Shown here one piece after another: positions 49,519 to 58,070 of a stretch of 64,000 nucleotides of DNA. Within the stretch, counting starts at the first letter, position 1; each line of letters begins with the position of its first letter. This DNA comes from Deltaproteobacteria bacterium. GTDB lineage: Bacteria; Myxococcota; Kuafuiibacteriia; Kuafuiibacteriales; Kuafuiibacteriaceae. The position numbers and the translations under genes are program-made. Under the pieces are notes generated by a model, which did no database searches, had not been told where the DNA came from, and worked only from the letters and a program-made list of their open reading frames with translations. The DNA lies in contig JAVJQW010000008.1 in assembly GCA_040218735.1 (NCBI GenBank), positions 192,001-256,000 on the forward strand, in the 5' to 3' direction.

Positions 49519-50307
49519 TCAGGCCTTCCGCATCGGCGGCTGGACGCGCCACCCGGCGGTGTGCTCGCGGCAGTACGGGGCGCCCTTCACGGGTTTGCGC
49601 AGGCAGGGGGTTCCGTCGTCGAGGGTGCCGCGGCAGCGGTGCACTTCCCCGAGGGGGTCGCCCTCGTAGAGCCCGCGTTTGCGGTGCTCCTCGTCCTCGA
49701 GCTCCTCGGCGACCCAGCCGGCGCCCGGCTTGTCCTCTTCGTCCTCGTCCTGCTGCTGCGACTGATCGCGGGCCTCGGCCTCTTCGACTTCTTTCTTGTC
49801 GACGCGCTCCTCCATCGCGGCTTCGTGCTGCCCGAGGACCCGCGCCTCGTCGGCGACCTCGTCCCGGCGGATCTCGCCGTCCTTTGCCTCGCGCTGCTCC
49901 GCGACCTCGGTTTGCTCGGCGACCTTCTCCTTGGTCTCGGCCTTCTCCTTGCCCTCGCGGCCGAGGTTCGTGAACGGGTTGTCGGGTTCCGCGCGCTCGA
50001 CCGACGACTCCTGGACGAAGCGCTCGACGTTGGTCTTCTCGTTGGCGTTCTTCGCCCCCGACTCCTTGTCGGCGTTGTTGTACCCGAGCCCGCTCAGCAG
50101 CTCGCCGTCGGGGCCGAGCTCCATGCCCTTGGGGAGCGCGCCCTCCTTGCCCTGCGCGGCGAGGCCGTGGGCCTCTGCGCCCGCGGCGCCGCCCTGCAGG
50201 AGCTTCCCGAGCGCCTCACCCTCTTCGCCGGGCGCTTGGAGGCCGAGTTTGGCGAGCAGGGCGCCGAGGCCCGCAGGGATGTGCATCGGCACGACGCTCG
50301 TCAGCAT
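49519..50307 (-). CDS. Acidic low-complexity protein with a C-terminal C-x9-C-x10-C-x2-H zinc-binding motif
   Basis: CRGTLDDGTPCLRKPVKGAPYCREH. No signal peptide. Confidence 0.6.
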   Translation of the reverse strand: MLTSVVPMHIPAGLGALLAKLGLQAPGEEGEALGKLLQGGAAGAEAHGLAAQGKEGALPKGMELGPDGELLSGLGYNNADKESGAKNANEKTNVERFVQESSVERAEPDNPFTNLGREGKEKAETKEKVAEQTEVAEQREAKDGEIRRDEVADEARVLGQHEAAMEERVDKKEVEEAEARDQSQQQDEDEEDKPGAGWVAEELEDEEHRKRGLYEGDPLGEVHRCRGTLDDGTPCLRKPVKGAPYCREHTAGWRVQPPMRKA

Positions 50308-50363
50308 AAGGACCTTGGTTCGCGGTCGGCAAGCCGGGCGGACCGTGATATCCGCCACCGGGT

Positions 50364-51923
50364 ATGACGGCTCCGGCTTCGCTCGACCGCGTCCTCGTCC
50401 TCGACTTCGGCTCCCAATACACGCAGCTCATCGCGCGGCGGATCCGCGAGCAGCGGGTCTACTCGGAGATCTGGCCGTGCACGCGGTCCCTCGAAGACAT
50501 CCGAGCGTTCGCCCCCAAGGCGATCGTGCTGTCCGGCGGGCCCTCGTCGGTGCACGAGGAGGGCAGCCCGACGATCGACCCCGCGATCTTCGAGCTCGGC
50601 GTCCCCGTCCTCGGCATCTGCTACGGCATGCAGCTCATGTGTCACCTCCTCGGCGGACGTGTGGTTCGCTCCGAGCGACACGAGTACGGGCGCGCCGAAG
50701 TCGAACACGTCGCGGACGACGATCTACTCTTTGGATTCCACTCGAACGAAGACACCCACGTCTGGATGAGCCACGGCGACGCCGTCGAGTCGCTCCCGGA
50801 CGGCTTCGTCACCCTCGGTCGCTCCAAGAGCTGCCCTTACGCCGCGGTCTCCAACCCGGCGAAGCGCTGGTTCGGCCTGCAGTTCCACCCGGAGGTCGTC
50901 CACACGCCGCGCGGGACGGAGATCATCGCGAACTTCCTCTTCCGCATCGCCGACGTCGCCGCGACGTGGACGATGGGGAGCTTCATCGAGCGCGAGATCG
51001 AGCTGATCCGCGAGAAGGTCGGCACCGACCAGGTCATCTGCGGCCTCTCCGGCGGCGTCGACTCGTCGGTGGTCGCCGCACTGCTGCACAAGGCGATCGG
51101 CGACCAGCTCATCCCGGTCTTCGTGAACAACGGCGTGCTCCGCGCCGGTGAGGCGGAGCAGGTCCAGGGGGTCTTCCGCGACCGGCTCGGCATGAACCTC
51201 CGCTACGTCGACGCGACGGATCAGTTCCTCGATGCGCTCGACGGCGTCACGGATCCCGAAGAGAAGCGCAAGACGATCGGGCGGGTGTTCATCGACGTCT
51301 TCGACGCCGCGGCCAAGAGCGCCGGCGAGAACGCGCGCTGGCTCGCGCAGGGCACGCTGTACCCGGACGTGATCGAGTCGGTCTCGTTCAAGGGTCCGAG
51401 CGCGACGATCAAGAGCCACCACAACGTCGGCGGCCTCCCGGAGCGGATGAAGCTGTCGCTGATCGAGCCGCTCCGCGAGCTGTTCAAGGACGAGGTCCGC
51501 ATCCTCGGCAAGGAGCTCGGCCTCCCGGACGACGTCGTCGGGCGCCAGCCGTTCCCGGGGCCGGGGCTCGCGATTCGCATCGTCGGTGAGATCACGCGAC
51601 CGCAGCTCGACACCCTCCGTCACGCGGACCGCATCGTGCGCGAAGAGATCGTCGACGCCGGTCTGTACGATCAGATCTGGCAGAGCTTCGCGGTGCTGCT
51701 CCCGGTGCGCTCCGTCGGCGTGATGGGCGACGCCCGCACCTACGAGGCGACGTGCGCGATCCGCGCGGTGACCTCGATCGACGGCATGACCGCCGACTGG
51801 GCGCACATCCCGTACGAAGTGCTCGCGCGGATGTCGAATCGGATCATCAACGAGGTCCGCGGGATCAACCGCGTCGTCTACGACATTTCGAGCAAGCCGC
51901 CGTCCACGATCGAGTGGGAGTAG
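50364..51923 (+). CDS. guaA: GMP synthase (glutamine-hydrolyzing)
   Basis: [42 protein letters not shown] and KPPSTIEWE motifs. Confidence 0.98.
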   Translation: MTAPASLDRVLVLDFGSQYTQLIARRIREQRVYSEIWPCTRSLEDIRAFAPKAIVLSGGPSSVHEEGSPTIDPAIFELGVPVLGICYGMQLMCHLLGGRVVRSERHEYGRAEVEHVADDDLLFGFHSNEDTHVWMSHGDAVESLPDGFVTLGRSKSCPYAAVSNPAKRWFGLQFHPEVVHTPRGTEIIANFLFRIADVAATWTMGSFIEREIELIREKVGTDQVICGLSGGVDSSVVAALLHKAIGDQLIPVFVNNGVLRAGEAEQVQGVFRDRLGMNLRYVDATDQFLDALDGVTDPEEKRKTIGRVFIDVFDAAAKSAGENARWLAQGTLYPDVIESVSFKGPSATIKSHHNVGGLPERMKLSLIEPLRELFKDEVRILGKELGLPDDVVGRQPFPGPGLAIRIVGEITRPQLDTLRHADRIVREEIVDAGLYDQIWQSFAVLLPVRSVGVMGDARTYEATCAIRAVTSIDGMTADWAHIPYEVLARMSNRIINEVRGINRVVYDISSKPPSTIEWE

Positions 51924-51926
51924 CCG

Positions 51927-54299
51927 TCACTGGTAGGTGATCGTCACGGTCACCTCGGCGTTCAGCGCCTCGCCCGCGCACACCGTCGCGCTCGGGAACA
52001 CGTTCAAGCGGAAGCGCTGCGGCGTGCAGATCCCGAAGGGGCTCACCGAACCCATCGAAGTCACCGTCGCGAGCCCGGACGTGCCGTCGTTGAACCCATC
52101 CTGCTGACCGCCCGGGCTGCACACGTCGTCGAAGTACCAGGCCGCGAGGCCGACGGCGGGCGTCGAGGGGCACCCCGTCGATGTCGCCCAGTCCACGCAG
52201 TTCACCTGCGCGGTCATCGTCGCGATCGAAGCGGCGCCCGGCGGCGGGAAGTTGAACGCGATCCAGTCCGTGTCCCCCGGCGTCAGCGTGACGTCGTACG
52301 TGTACGTCTGCGTCCCGAGCACCGGCGGGTTCACCGGGTTCGCACCTGCCGCGGAGTTGTTCGGCTCCTGCGGATCCGCGGTGGTGATCGAGAGGCCGCA
52401 CGACGGCGTCCCGCACACGCCGTTGTCGTCCACGCCGTTACAGTCGTCGTCGAGCCCGTTGCAGATCTCCGGCACTGGCGTCCCCGGGACGCAGGTGTTG
52501 TTGCCGCCGTTCAGACACGCCGGCGCAGTGCGCGCGCACTCACCCGTGCCGCAGGTGAGATCCGGGATGCCGTCGTCGGGCGTGCCGTTGCAATCGTCGT
52601 CGGCGCCGTTGCAGATCTCCGTCCCCGGGGCGCCCGGCGTGCACGTGTTCGGCATGTTCCCGTTGCAAGCCGCCACGCTGCGCGCGCAGGCGCCAACGCC
52701 GCAGGTGAGGTTCGGGATGCCGTCGTCCGGCGTTCCGTTGCAGTCGTCGTCGAGCCCGTTGCACGTCTCGTTCGTCGGCGTCCCTGCGACGCACTGGTTG
52801 TTCGTCCCGTTGAGGCAGGCCGGTACGCTGCGCGCGCACTCGCCGGTGCCGCAGGTGAGGTTCGGCAGGTCGTCGGGGAGTCCGTTGCAGTCGTCGTCGA
52901 GGTTGTTGCACGTCTCGGTTCCGGCCGGCCCTGGTGTGCACGTGCCCAGCATCCCGCCGACGCACGACGCCGCAGTCGCCGTGCACACGCCCATTCCGCA
53001 GGTCAGCACCGGCAGCCCGTCGTCCGGCGTTCCGTCGCAGTCGTCGTCCATGCCGTTGCACATCTCCGGCATCGTGGTGACCTGGCAGTTCGTGTACTCA
53101 CCCGTCCCGCCCGGCACGCAGATGCGCGTGCCCATGCACATGTTCACCGCGCACGCCTCGACGATCCCGTCGTCGATGATCCCGTTGCAGTCGTTGTCGA
53201 TCCCGTCACACACCTCACTCTGACCGCCGACCGGGATGCACTCCGTCCACGCGCCGCCCGCGACGCCGGAGTCCTCGACACACGCGCGCACGCCGCCGCA
53301 GTCGTTCACCGTGCACGTCGCGGTGATCGATTCGTCGCGCGTGCCGTCGCAGTCGTTGTCGAGGTCGTCGCACCGCTCGTCGGCCGGGCCCGTCTCGCCC
53401 TCACACGGTCCCCAGATCCGGTTTGCGCAAGTTCGCATGCCGAGCTCACACTCGCCGACGTCCGTGCCGCAGACCTCGGTGAGTCCGTCTTCACACTCCG
53501 GCGGGTTCGACTCGTCGTCGTCCGTGAGCGACGCACACCCCGGGTCGTCGGGGAAGTCGACCAAGCCATCGTCGTCGTTGTCCTCGCCGTCCTCGCAGGC
53601 GCGGTACGGGTCGGGGAGGAGCCGGACCTCGAGCATCGCGGCGTCGGGATCGTCGGACGCCACCAACAGCCGCCCCGCCGTCGCGCGCCCGCTGCGCACG
53701 TAGTCGATCGCGCCGGGGACGCGCTCGCCGGGGGCGATCGCGACGGGCAGATCCCACGCACGCAGAACGAAGTCGGTGTTTCCGTCCTCGTCGATCTGGA
53801 GCGCGTCCACCGTGAGGATCGCCGTGCCGTCGTTCGAGATCTCGAACGTGCGCGTCACCGTCGCGGTCGTCGCCGGCCCGAAGTCGATCGGATCCGGCGT
53901 CACGCCGATCGCCGGGGCGATGGGTCCGCCGTGCAACGTCACTTGCGCCGGCCCGTCCGCGAGCGCGGCCGAACGAATCCACAGCGTGCCGTCGTCCTCA
54001 CCCGCACCGACGGGCGTGAAGCGAACCTCGACTTCGAGCTGCGCGCCCGGACCCAAGGTCCGCGTGGACGTCAGCACTTCGAAGTCCGCCGACGACGACG
54101 GGTCGAGCTCGAGCACCACGTCGTCCACCGCGACGCCGACCGGGTTCGACAGCGTCACCGAGCCGACGGCGGTCTCCCCCTCCGGCACCACGCCGAACTC
54201 GATCGCGCCGCCCTCGAGCTCGAGCATCGGCGTCACCTCCTGCAAGAGGTCGGGCTCGCAGCCCGCGAGGAGGAGGAGCAGCAACGCGGAGCGACGCAC
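51927..54299 (-). CDS. Cys-rich lipoprotein with Ig-like (choice-of-anchor D/ASH) domains and MopE-related metal-binding repeats
   Basis: LLAGC lipobox. Two FG...N.G Ig-like domains and seven ExCxxxDxDCxG repeats. Confidence 0.85.
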   Translation of the reverse strand: MRRSALLLLLLAGCEPDLLQEVTPMLELEGGAIEFGVVPEGETAVGSVTLSNPVGVAVDDVVLELDPSSSADFEVLTSTRTLGPGAQLEVEVRFTPVGAGEDDGTLWIRSAALADGPAQVTLHGGPIAPAIGVTPDPIDFGPATTATVTRTFEISNDGTAILTVDALQIDEDGNTDFVLRAWDLPVAIAPGERVPGAIDYVRSGRATAGRLLVASDDPDAAMLEVRLLPDPYRACEDGEDNDDDGLVDFPDDPGCASLTDDDESNPPECEDGLTEVCGTDVGECELGMRTCANRIWGPCEGETGPADERCDDLDNDCDGTRDESITATCTVNDCGGVRACVEDSGVAGGAWTECIPVGGQSEVCDGIDNDCNGIIDDGIVEACAVNMCMGTRICVPGGTGEYTNCQVTTMPEMCNGMDDDCDGTPDDGLPVLTCGMGVCTATAASCVGGMLGTCTPGPAGTETCNNLDDDCNGLPDDLPNLTCGTGECARSVPACLNGTNNQCVAGTPTNETCNGLDDDCNGTPDDGIPNLTCGVGACARSVAACNGNMPNTCTPGAPGTEICNGADDDCNGTPDDGIPDLTCGTGECARTAPACLNGGNNTCVPGTPVPEICNGLDDDCNGVDDNGVCGTPSCGLSITTADPQEPNNSAAGANPVNPPVLGTQTYTYDVTLTPGDTDWIAFNFPPPGAASIATMTAQVNCVDWATSTGCPSTPAVGLAAWYFDDVCSPGGQQDGFNDGTSGLATVTSMGSVSPFGICTPQRFRLNVFPSATVCAGEALNAEVTVTITYQ
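52420..53070 (-). repeat. Intragenic tandem repeats (about 145-150 bp, about 49 aa) of the MopE-related unit
   Basis: Recurring CAGTCGTCGTC...CCGTTGCA and GCCGCAGGTGAG blocks. Confidence 0.8.
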
Positions 54300-54452
54300 A
54301 TGCGGAGGATCCCGCACGAGTGCGGTGTCCCCGAAAGGCACGTTGTCCTACCTGGTGGTGCTGCGTGGGCCGCCGCCGAAAAGAGCACCGACGGTCAAAC
54401 GCGCCGTGGCCTCGTGCGGCAAGGTGCCTTCACCGAAAGGGGAACGAACGAC

Positions 54453-54884
54453 GTGAAACACGAAGAGAAACGAACAGTGCCCATCACCATCCGGGGCGTC
54501 GCGGCTGATGTCGACAAGGCCACCGCGCCCGAAACGATCGGTACGCTGTGGGGCCGCGCGGCGCAGTTGGGTGCGATCGGCGCATCGGGGCCGACGTACG
54601 GCGTCTACACCGACTACGCAGATCGGCTCGCGAATCGATATCGCGTCGTCGTCGGCCAGGAGGCGTCGGCGGGCGAGACATCGGTGACGTTGCCGGCCGG
54701 CGACTACGTCGTGTTCGAGGATCGCGGCCCGGCGGCGGAGGTCGCCCAACGCCTCTGGAACCACGTCTGGACGGCGTGGGAGGAGCGCGACCGGCGGACC
54801 TTCGACGTCGACTTCGAGCGCTACGAGGGGAGCCCGGACGACGCCAAGGTCTCGCTGTTCATCCACGTCACGCCGGCGAAGTGA
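54453..54884 (+). CDS. GyrI-like small-molecule-binding domain protein
   Basis: IGTLW, YGVYTDY, LPAGDYVVF, LWNHVW and DFERY motifs. Confidence 0.85.
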   Translation: MKHEEKRTVPITIRGVAADVDKATAPETIGTLWGRAAQLGAIGASGPTYGVYTDYADRLANRYRVVVGQEASAGETSVTLPAGDYVVFEDRGPAAEVAQRLWNHVWTAWEERDRRTFDVDFERYEGSPDDAKVSLFIHVTPAK

Positions 54885-55734
54885 TCCAGCCGCGCTCCTC
54901 GATCCGAACCCAGATCTCGGTGACGAGCCCCTCGGCCGGCGTGTCGTGCGGCGAGTTGACGTACCACTCCACCGTGGGCGCCGGGTCGAGGACGTAGCCG
55001 CTCCTCGGGAACCACACGCCGACCAACCCGAGGTACAGCTCGTGGAGCCGATCGTAGGGGCCCGTCTGCCGAGCGACGGCGTAGAGCCCGGCCGGGAGCT
55101 CCGTACGCGCCGCGGGTGCGTCGACGGACGCGACGTCGACCTCCAAACACGCGTCGTAGCGGAGCAGCGCCTCGGTCGTGACGGTTGGATCGTCGTGCAC
55201 CAGGCCGTACATCCGCGGCGTCGCCGAGGCACCGCGCGCTCCCCACCAACCGTGCAGGCGCTCCCACGTCGCGGGGACGTTCGCGAACGGCCCGGTGTGT
55301 CGCATCGCGACGAGCTCGCGCTTGGGTTCCCGGCGCACCTCGACGTCGTTCTCGAACGGAGCGATCTCGGGGCACGACGCACGAGCTTCCACCGGGTCGT
55401 CGCGATACGCGGAGGGTGATCGCCCGAACGCCGTCGTGAAGGCGCGGGTGAACGCTTCGTGGGATCCGTACCCCGCCTCCAGCGCGAGCTCGAGCAGCGA
55501 GGACGGCGGCGCGCTCCGGAGCGGCCGCGCGGCGCGCTCGAGTCGGAGCCGGCGCGCGTACTGCATGACCGACTCGCCCGTCTGCCCGCGAAACACGCGG
55601 TGAAAGTGGTGGGGCGCCATCCCCACGCGCCGCGCGACATCGCGGGGCGTGGGGGGCTCGTCGAGTGCGGTCTCGATCGCGCGCTGCGCGAGGAGAACGC
55701 GCCGCGCGTACTCCTCCTGAGTCGAGCGACGCAC
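54868..55734 (-). CDS. AraC family transcriptional regulator with a GyrI-like domain
   Basis: HFHRVF...GES...RLRLERA, GYGSHEAFTRAF and RYDAC motifs. Confidence 0.93.
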   Translation of the reverse strand: MRRSTQEEYARRVLLAQRAIETALDEPPTPRDVARRVGMAPHHFHRVFRGQTGESVMQYARRLRLERAARPLRSAPPSSLLELALEAGYGSHEAFTRAFTTAFGRSPSAYRDDPVEARASCPEIAPFENDVEVRREPKRELVAMRHTGPFANVPATWERLHGWWGARGASATPRMYGLVHDDPTVTTEALLRYDACLEVDVASVDAPAARTELPAGLYAVARQTGPYDRLHELYLGLVGVWFPRSGYVLDPAPTVEWYVNSPHDTPAEGLVTEIWVRIEERGWITSPA

Positions 55735-55880
55735 GCGCAGACCCTAGCGACGTTTCCGTCGACGCGCATCCGAGACGATGGTCACCACCGGTGGGGGCGT
55801 TGCTCCTCGGCGTGGGCGCCCCGGCCGGGCGGGAGCGCGCACCTCCGTCCCGAGAGAGATCACGCGTGCGAGGTCGACGG

Positions 55881-55896
55881 CGGCGCGCAGGTTGCA
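55881..55896 (+). promoter_or_regulatory. Putative sigma54 promoter
   Basis: CGGCGCGCAGGTTGCA (GG-N10-GC), 15 nt before in-frame GTG 55912. Confidence 0.5.
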
Positions 55897-55911
55897 TTGC
55901 ACGGGTGCCCC

Positions 55912-57234
55912 GTGTCGCCGCTGTCTCCGACCCACCCAGATCGCGCCCAGAGGATCCTCGTCGACGGCGCGCTCGCGAGCACCGCGCCAGAGCTGGAGTC
56001 ACCGCTCGAGATCCCCGAGGAGGTCGCGGCGCCCTACTGTCCGGTCGTCCGTTCGACGATCGGCCCCGACGCCTGGAAACGGCGCGTCCCCGCCGAGGTC
56101 GTCGCGGCGCTCCTGGATTCGGGACCGACGTTGATCGTCGGCGACGCCCCGGGTGACCCGGACTGCTTCTGTTCGGCGGTCGCGCTCGCGCGCGGACGGG
56201 CCGCGCTGCATCTGCCCGCCGACGCGCACGTCGATGCGCCACCGCCATCGCAGCTCTCGGGGCTCGGTATCCAGGACGACCTCGTGTCGTCGCAGACCGT
56301 GTCGCAGCGGAGCTACGACACGGTGGTGTTCGTCGACAACGACGGGACGCGCGTCGGTCCGGCCGCGGAGGCCGCGATGCGGGCGGCGAAGCGGGTCGTC
56401 GTTATCGATCACCACGAGGTCGATCCCACGCACGTCAGCCTCGGCCTCGACGCGGACAAGACCGAGCTCATCGTGTTCAAGGAGATCGAGGCGGATGCCG
56501 CCGCGCTCCTGGTGCTCGCGACGCTGACGCGGATGATCGAGTCATCGCCGGCGTCACTGATGCAGCAAGGTTGGGGCTCCGTGCTCGAGCCGCTGGTCAC
56601 CGCGATTTACTCGGACACGCGCGGCTTCGACTCGGCGCACACCCGACCGACCACCCTCGGGTTGCTCCGCGGATTGCTCGATACCCAGGCCGTCGACCTG
56701 TCGCGGATCCTCTCTGGGTTCGGCGGTGGGATCCCGCGGGAGGTGACGGGTGCGTGGGCCGAGCGGATCGAAGAGCGCACGGAAAAGGTCGGCGCAATGG
56801 ACGTCGCGTTTTTCACCGTGCCGTCGCACGGGCTCCTCGATGCGTGGAGCGAAGCCCGCGAGCAGACGCCGGAGCTCACGTGGTCGGACGTGCTGTTCTC
56901 GGCGCTCGACCACGTCGAAGCGCGCGTGCGCGAGCTGGACCCCGAGGTCGCGCTCATCGCGGTCGGGGCGCGCGACGAGCTCGCTCGGTCGACGCTCACC
57001 GACGAACGGCTCGAACAGCTCCCGCCCTCGTCCCTCAAGTTCTCGGTGCGCACGAAGGACGGCGACCTCGCGCCGCTCCTCGCTTCTGCCCTAGGCGGCG
57101 GCGGCAAGCCGCACCAGGGGGGCGGTGTGAGCGAGGAGCGTGCGGTGAAGCTAGCGGATCGGGCGCGCCGGTATCTCGCCGAGCGACAGGCGCTCGCTCG
57201 TTTCGCCAGCGCGCGAAATCTCGGCGGTCTCTGA
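55912..57234 (+). CDS. DHH/DHHA1 family phosphoesterase (NrnA-like, divergent)
   Basis: DPDC, VFVDN, VIDHHE, IYSDT, SVR and GGGGK motifs. Start uncertain. Confidence 0.75.
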   Translation: MSPLSPTHPDRAQRILVDGALASTAPELESPLEIPEEVAAPYCPVVRSTIGPDAWKRRVPAEVVAALLDSGPTLIVGDAPGDPDCFCSAVALARGRAALHLPADAHVDAPPPSQLSGLGIQDDLVSSQTVSQRSYDTVVFVDNDGTRVGPAAEAAMRAAKRVVVIDHHEVDPTHVSLGLDADKTELIVFKEIEADAAALLVLATLTRMIESSPASLMQQGWGSVLEPLVTAIYSDTRGFDSAHTRPTTLGLLRGLLDTQAVDLSRILSGFGGGIPREVTGAWAERIEERTEKVGAMDVAFFTVPSHGLLDAWSEAREQTPELTWSDVLFSALDHVEARVRELDPEVALIAVGARDELARSTLTDERLEQLPPSSLKFSVRTKDGDLAPLLASALGGGGKPHQGGGVSEERAVKLADRARRYLAERQALARFASARNLGGL

Positions 57235-57297
57235 ACGAACGGAGGAGGCGTAACCAGAGCGGGCGTCGTCGTACGCTCGCGGCGGCGTCGCGCGGAC

Positions 57298-57969
57298 TCA
57301 CTCCCCGCAGTGCATTTCGTAGCACTCAGTGTAGCCGCAGACCTCCTGGCCTTCGCAGCAGGCGCCGCACTTCGGTCCTGGCTCACACCCGCACGTGCGC
57401 GCCGGCCCGGCGTCGCGCTCCCCCCCGCCGTCGCGTGACGTCGTCCCGGCGTCCCGGTGACCAGCGTCCATCGTCTCCGAGACGCCGGCGTCGCGGCCCG
57501 AGGTGCCGGAGGGATACGCGACGCAGCCGATGCTGAAGTGCGTGACCATGGCGGCGCCGACGCCGTTCGCCAGGGTGGCTCCCGGGAGCCGCGACAGGAT
57601 CGTCGGTGCGTCCTCGCCGGTGTACCAGAAGCCGAGCGGTTCGGTGGTGCCGCCGATGTAAGGGATGCGCAGCGTCACGGGCGCGGCGAACTCCGTCCCC
57701 GCTGGTTCGAACTGGAAGACGGAGCTTACGGGGGTCAGGGCGTTCCCATCGGGGAGCGTCGTCCGGGAGACCGTGATCGTGATCGTCGCGGTCAGCGCGC
57801 CGGCCGGGACATCGAGGCCCACCCCGTCGACAGTCGTGAACGTGCCGCCAGAAGACCCGACGACGAATCGCTCACGTGGAGTCGTCGACTGCATCTCGCG
57901 AGCGCGTTCGCCGGAGCAGGAGAGCAGGCCAACGGCAACGAGGAGGAATGGAACGGCGCGCGGGTTCAT
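57298..57969 (-). CDS. Lipoprotein with a ZU5-like domain, RDAG/RDGG repeats and a Cys-rich tail
   Basis: LLSC lipobox. GG...VPAGAL, FEPAGTEFAAPVTLRIPY and THFS motifs. Confidence 0.7.
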   Translation of the reverse strand: MNPRAVPFLLVAVGLLSCSGERAREMQSTTPRERFVVGSSGGTFTTVDGVGLDVPAGALTATITITVSRTTLPDGNALTPVSSVFQFEPAGTEFAAPVTLRIPYIGGTTEPLGFWYTGEDAPTILSRLPGATLANGVGAAMVTHFSIGCVAYPSGTSGRDAGVSETMDAGHRDAGTTSRDGGGERDAGPARTCGCEPGPKCGACCEGQEVCGYTECYEMHCGE

Positions 57970-58070
57970 CGATCGGTAGTACGTCGATGTCGGCGTGGTC
58001 TACCTGTCGAAGGGAGCGGGGGTTGTCGAGGAGGGGGGCGCGCCCCGGAGCGGGGCGCGCTCGGGGCGCG

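Noticed and set aside
52420-53070. Regularly spaced repeats as a CRISPR array
   Set aside because: They are in-frame protein repeats with whole-unit similarity, no unique spacers and no cas genes
54868-54884. Convergent overlap of the GyrI-like and AraC genes (and of the stops at 46433-46436)
   Set aside because: Short 3' overlaps are common in compact GC-rich genomes, and there is no evidence of a function
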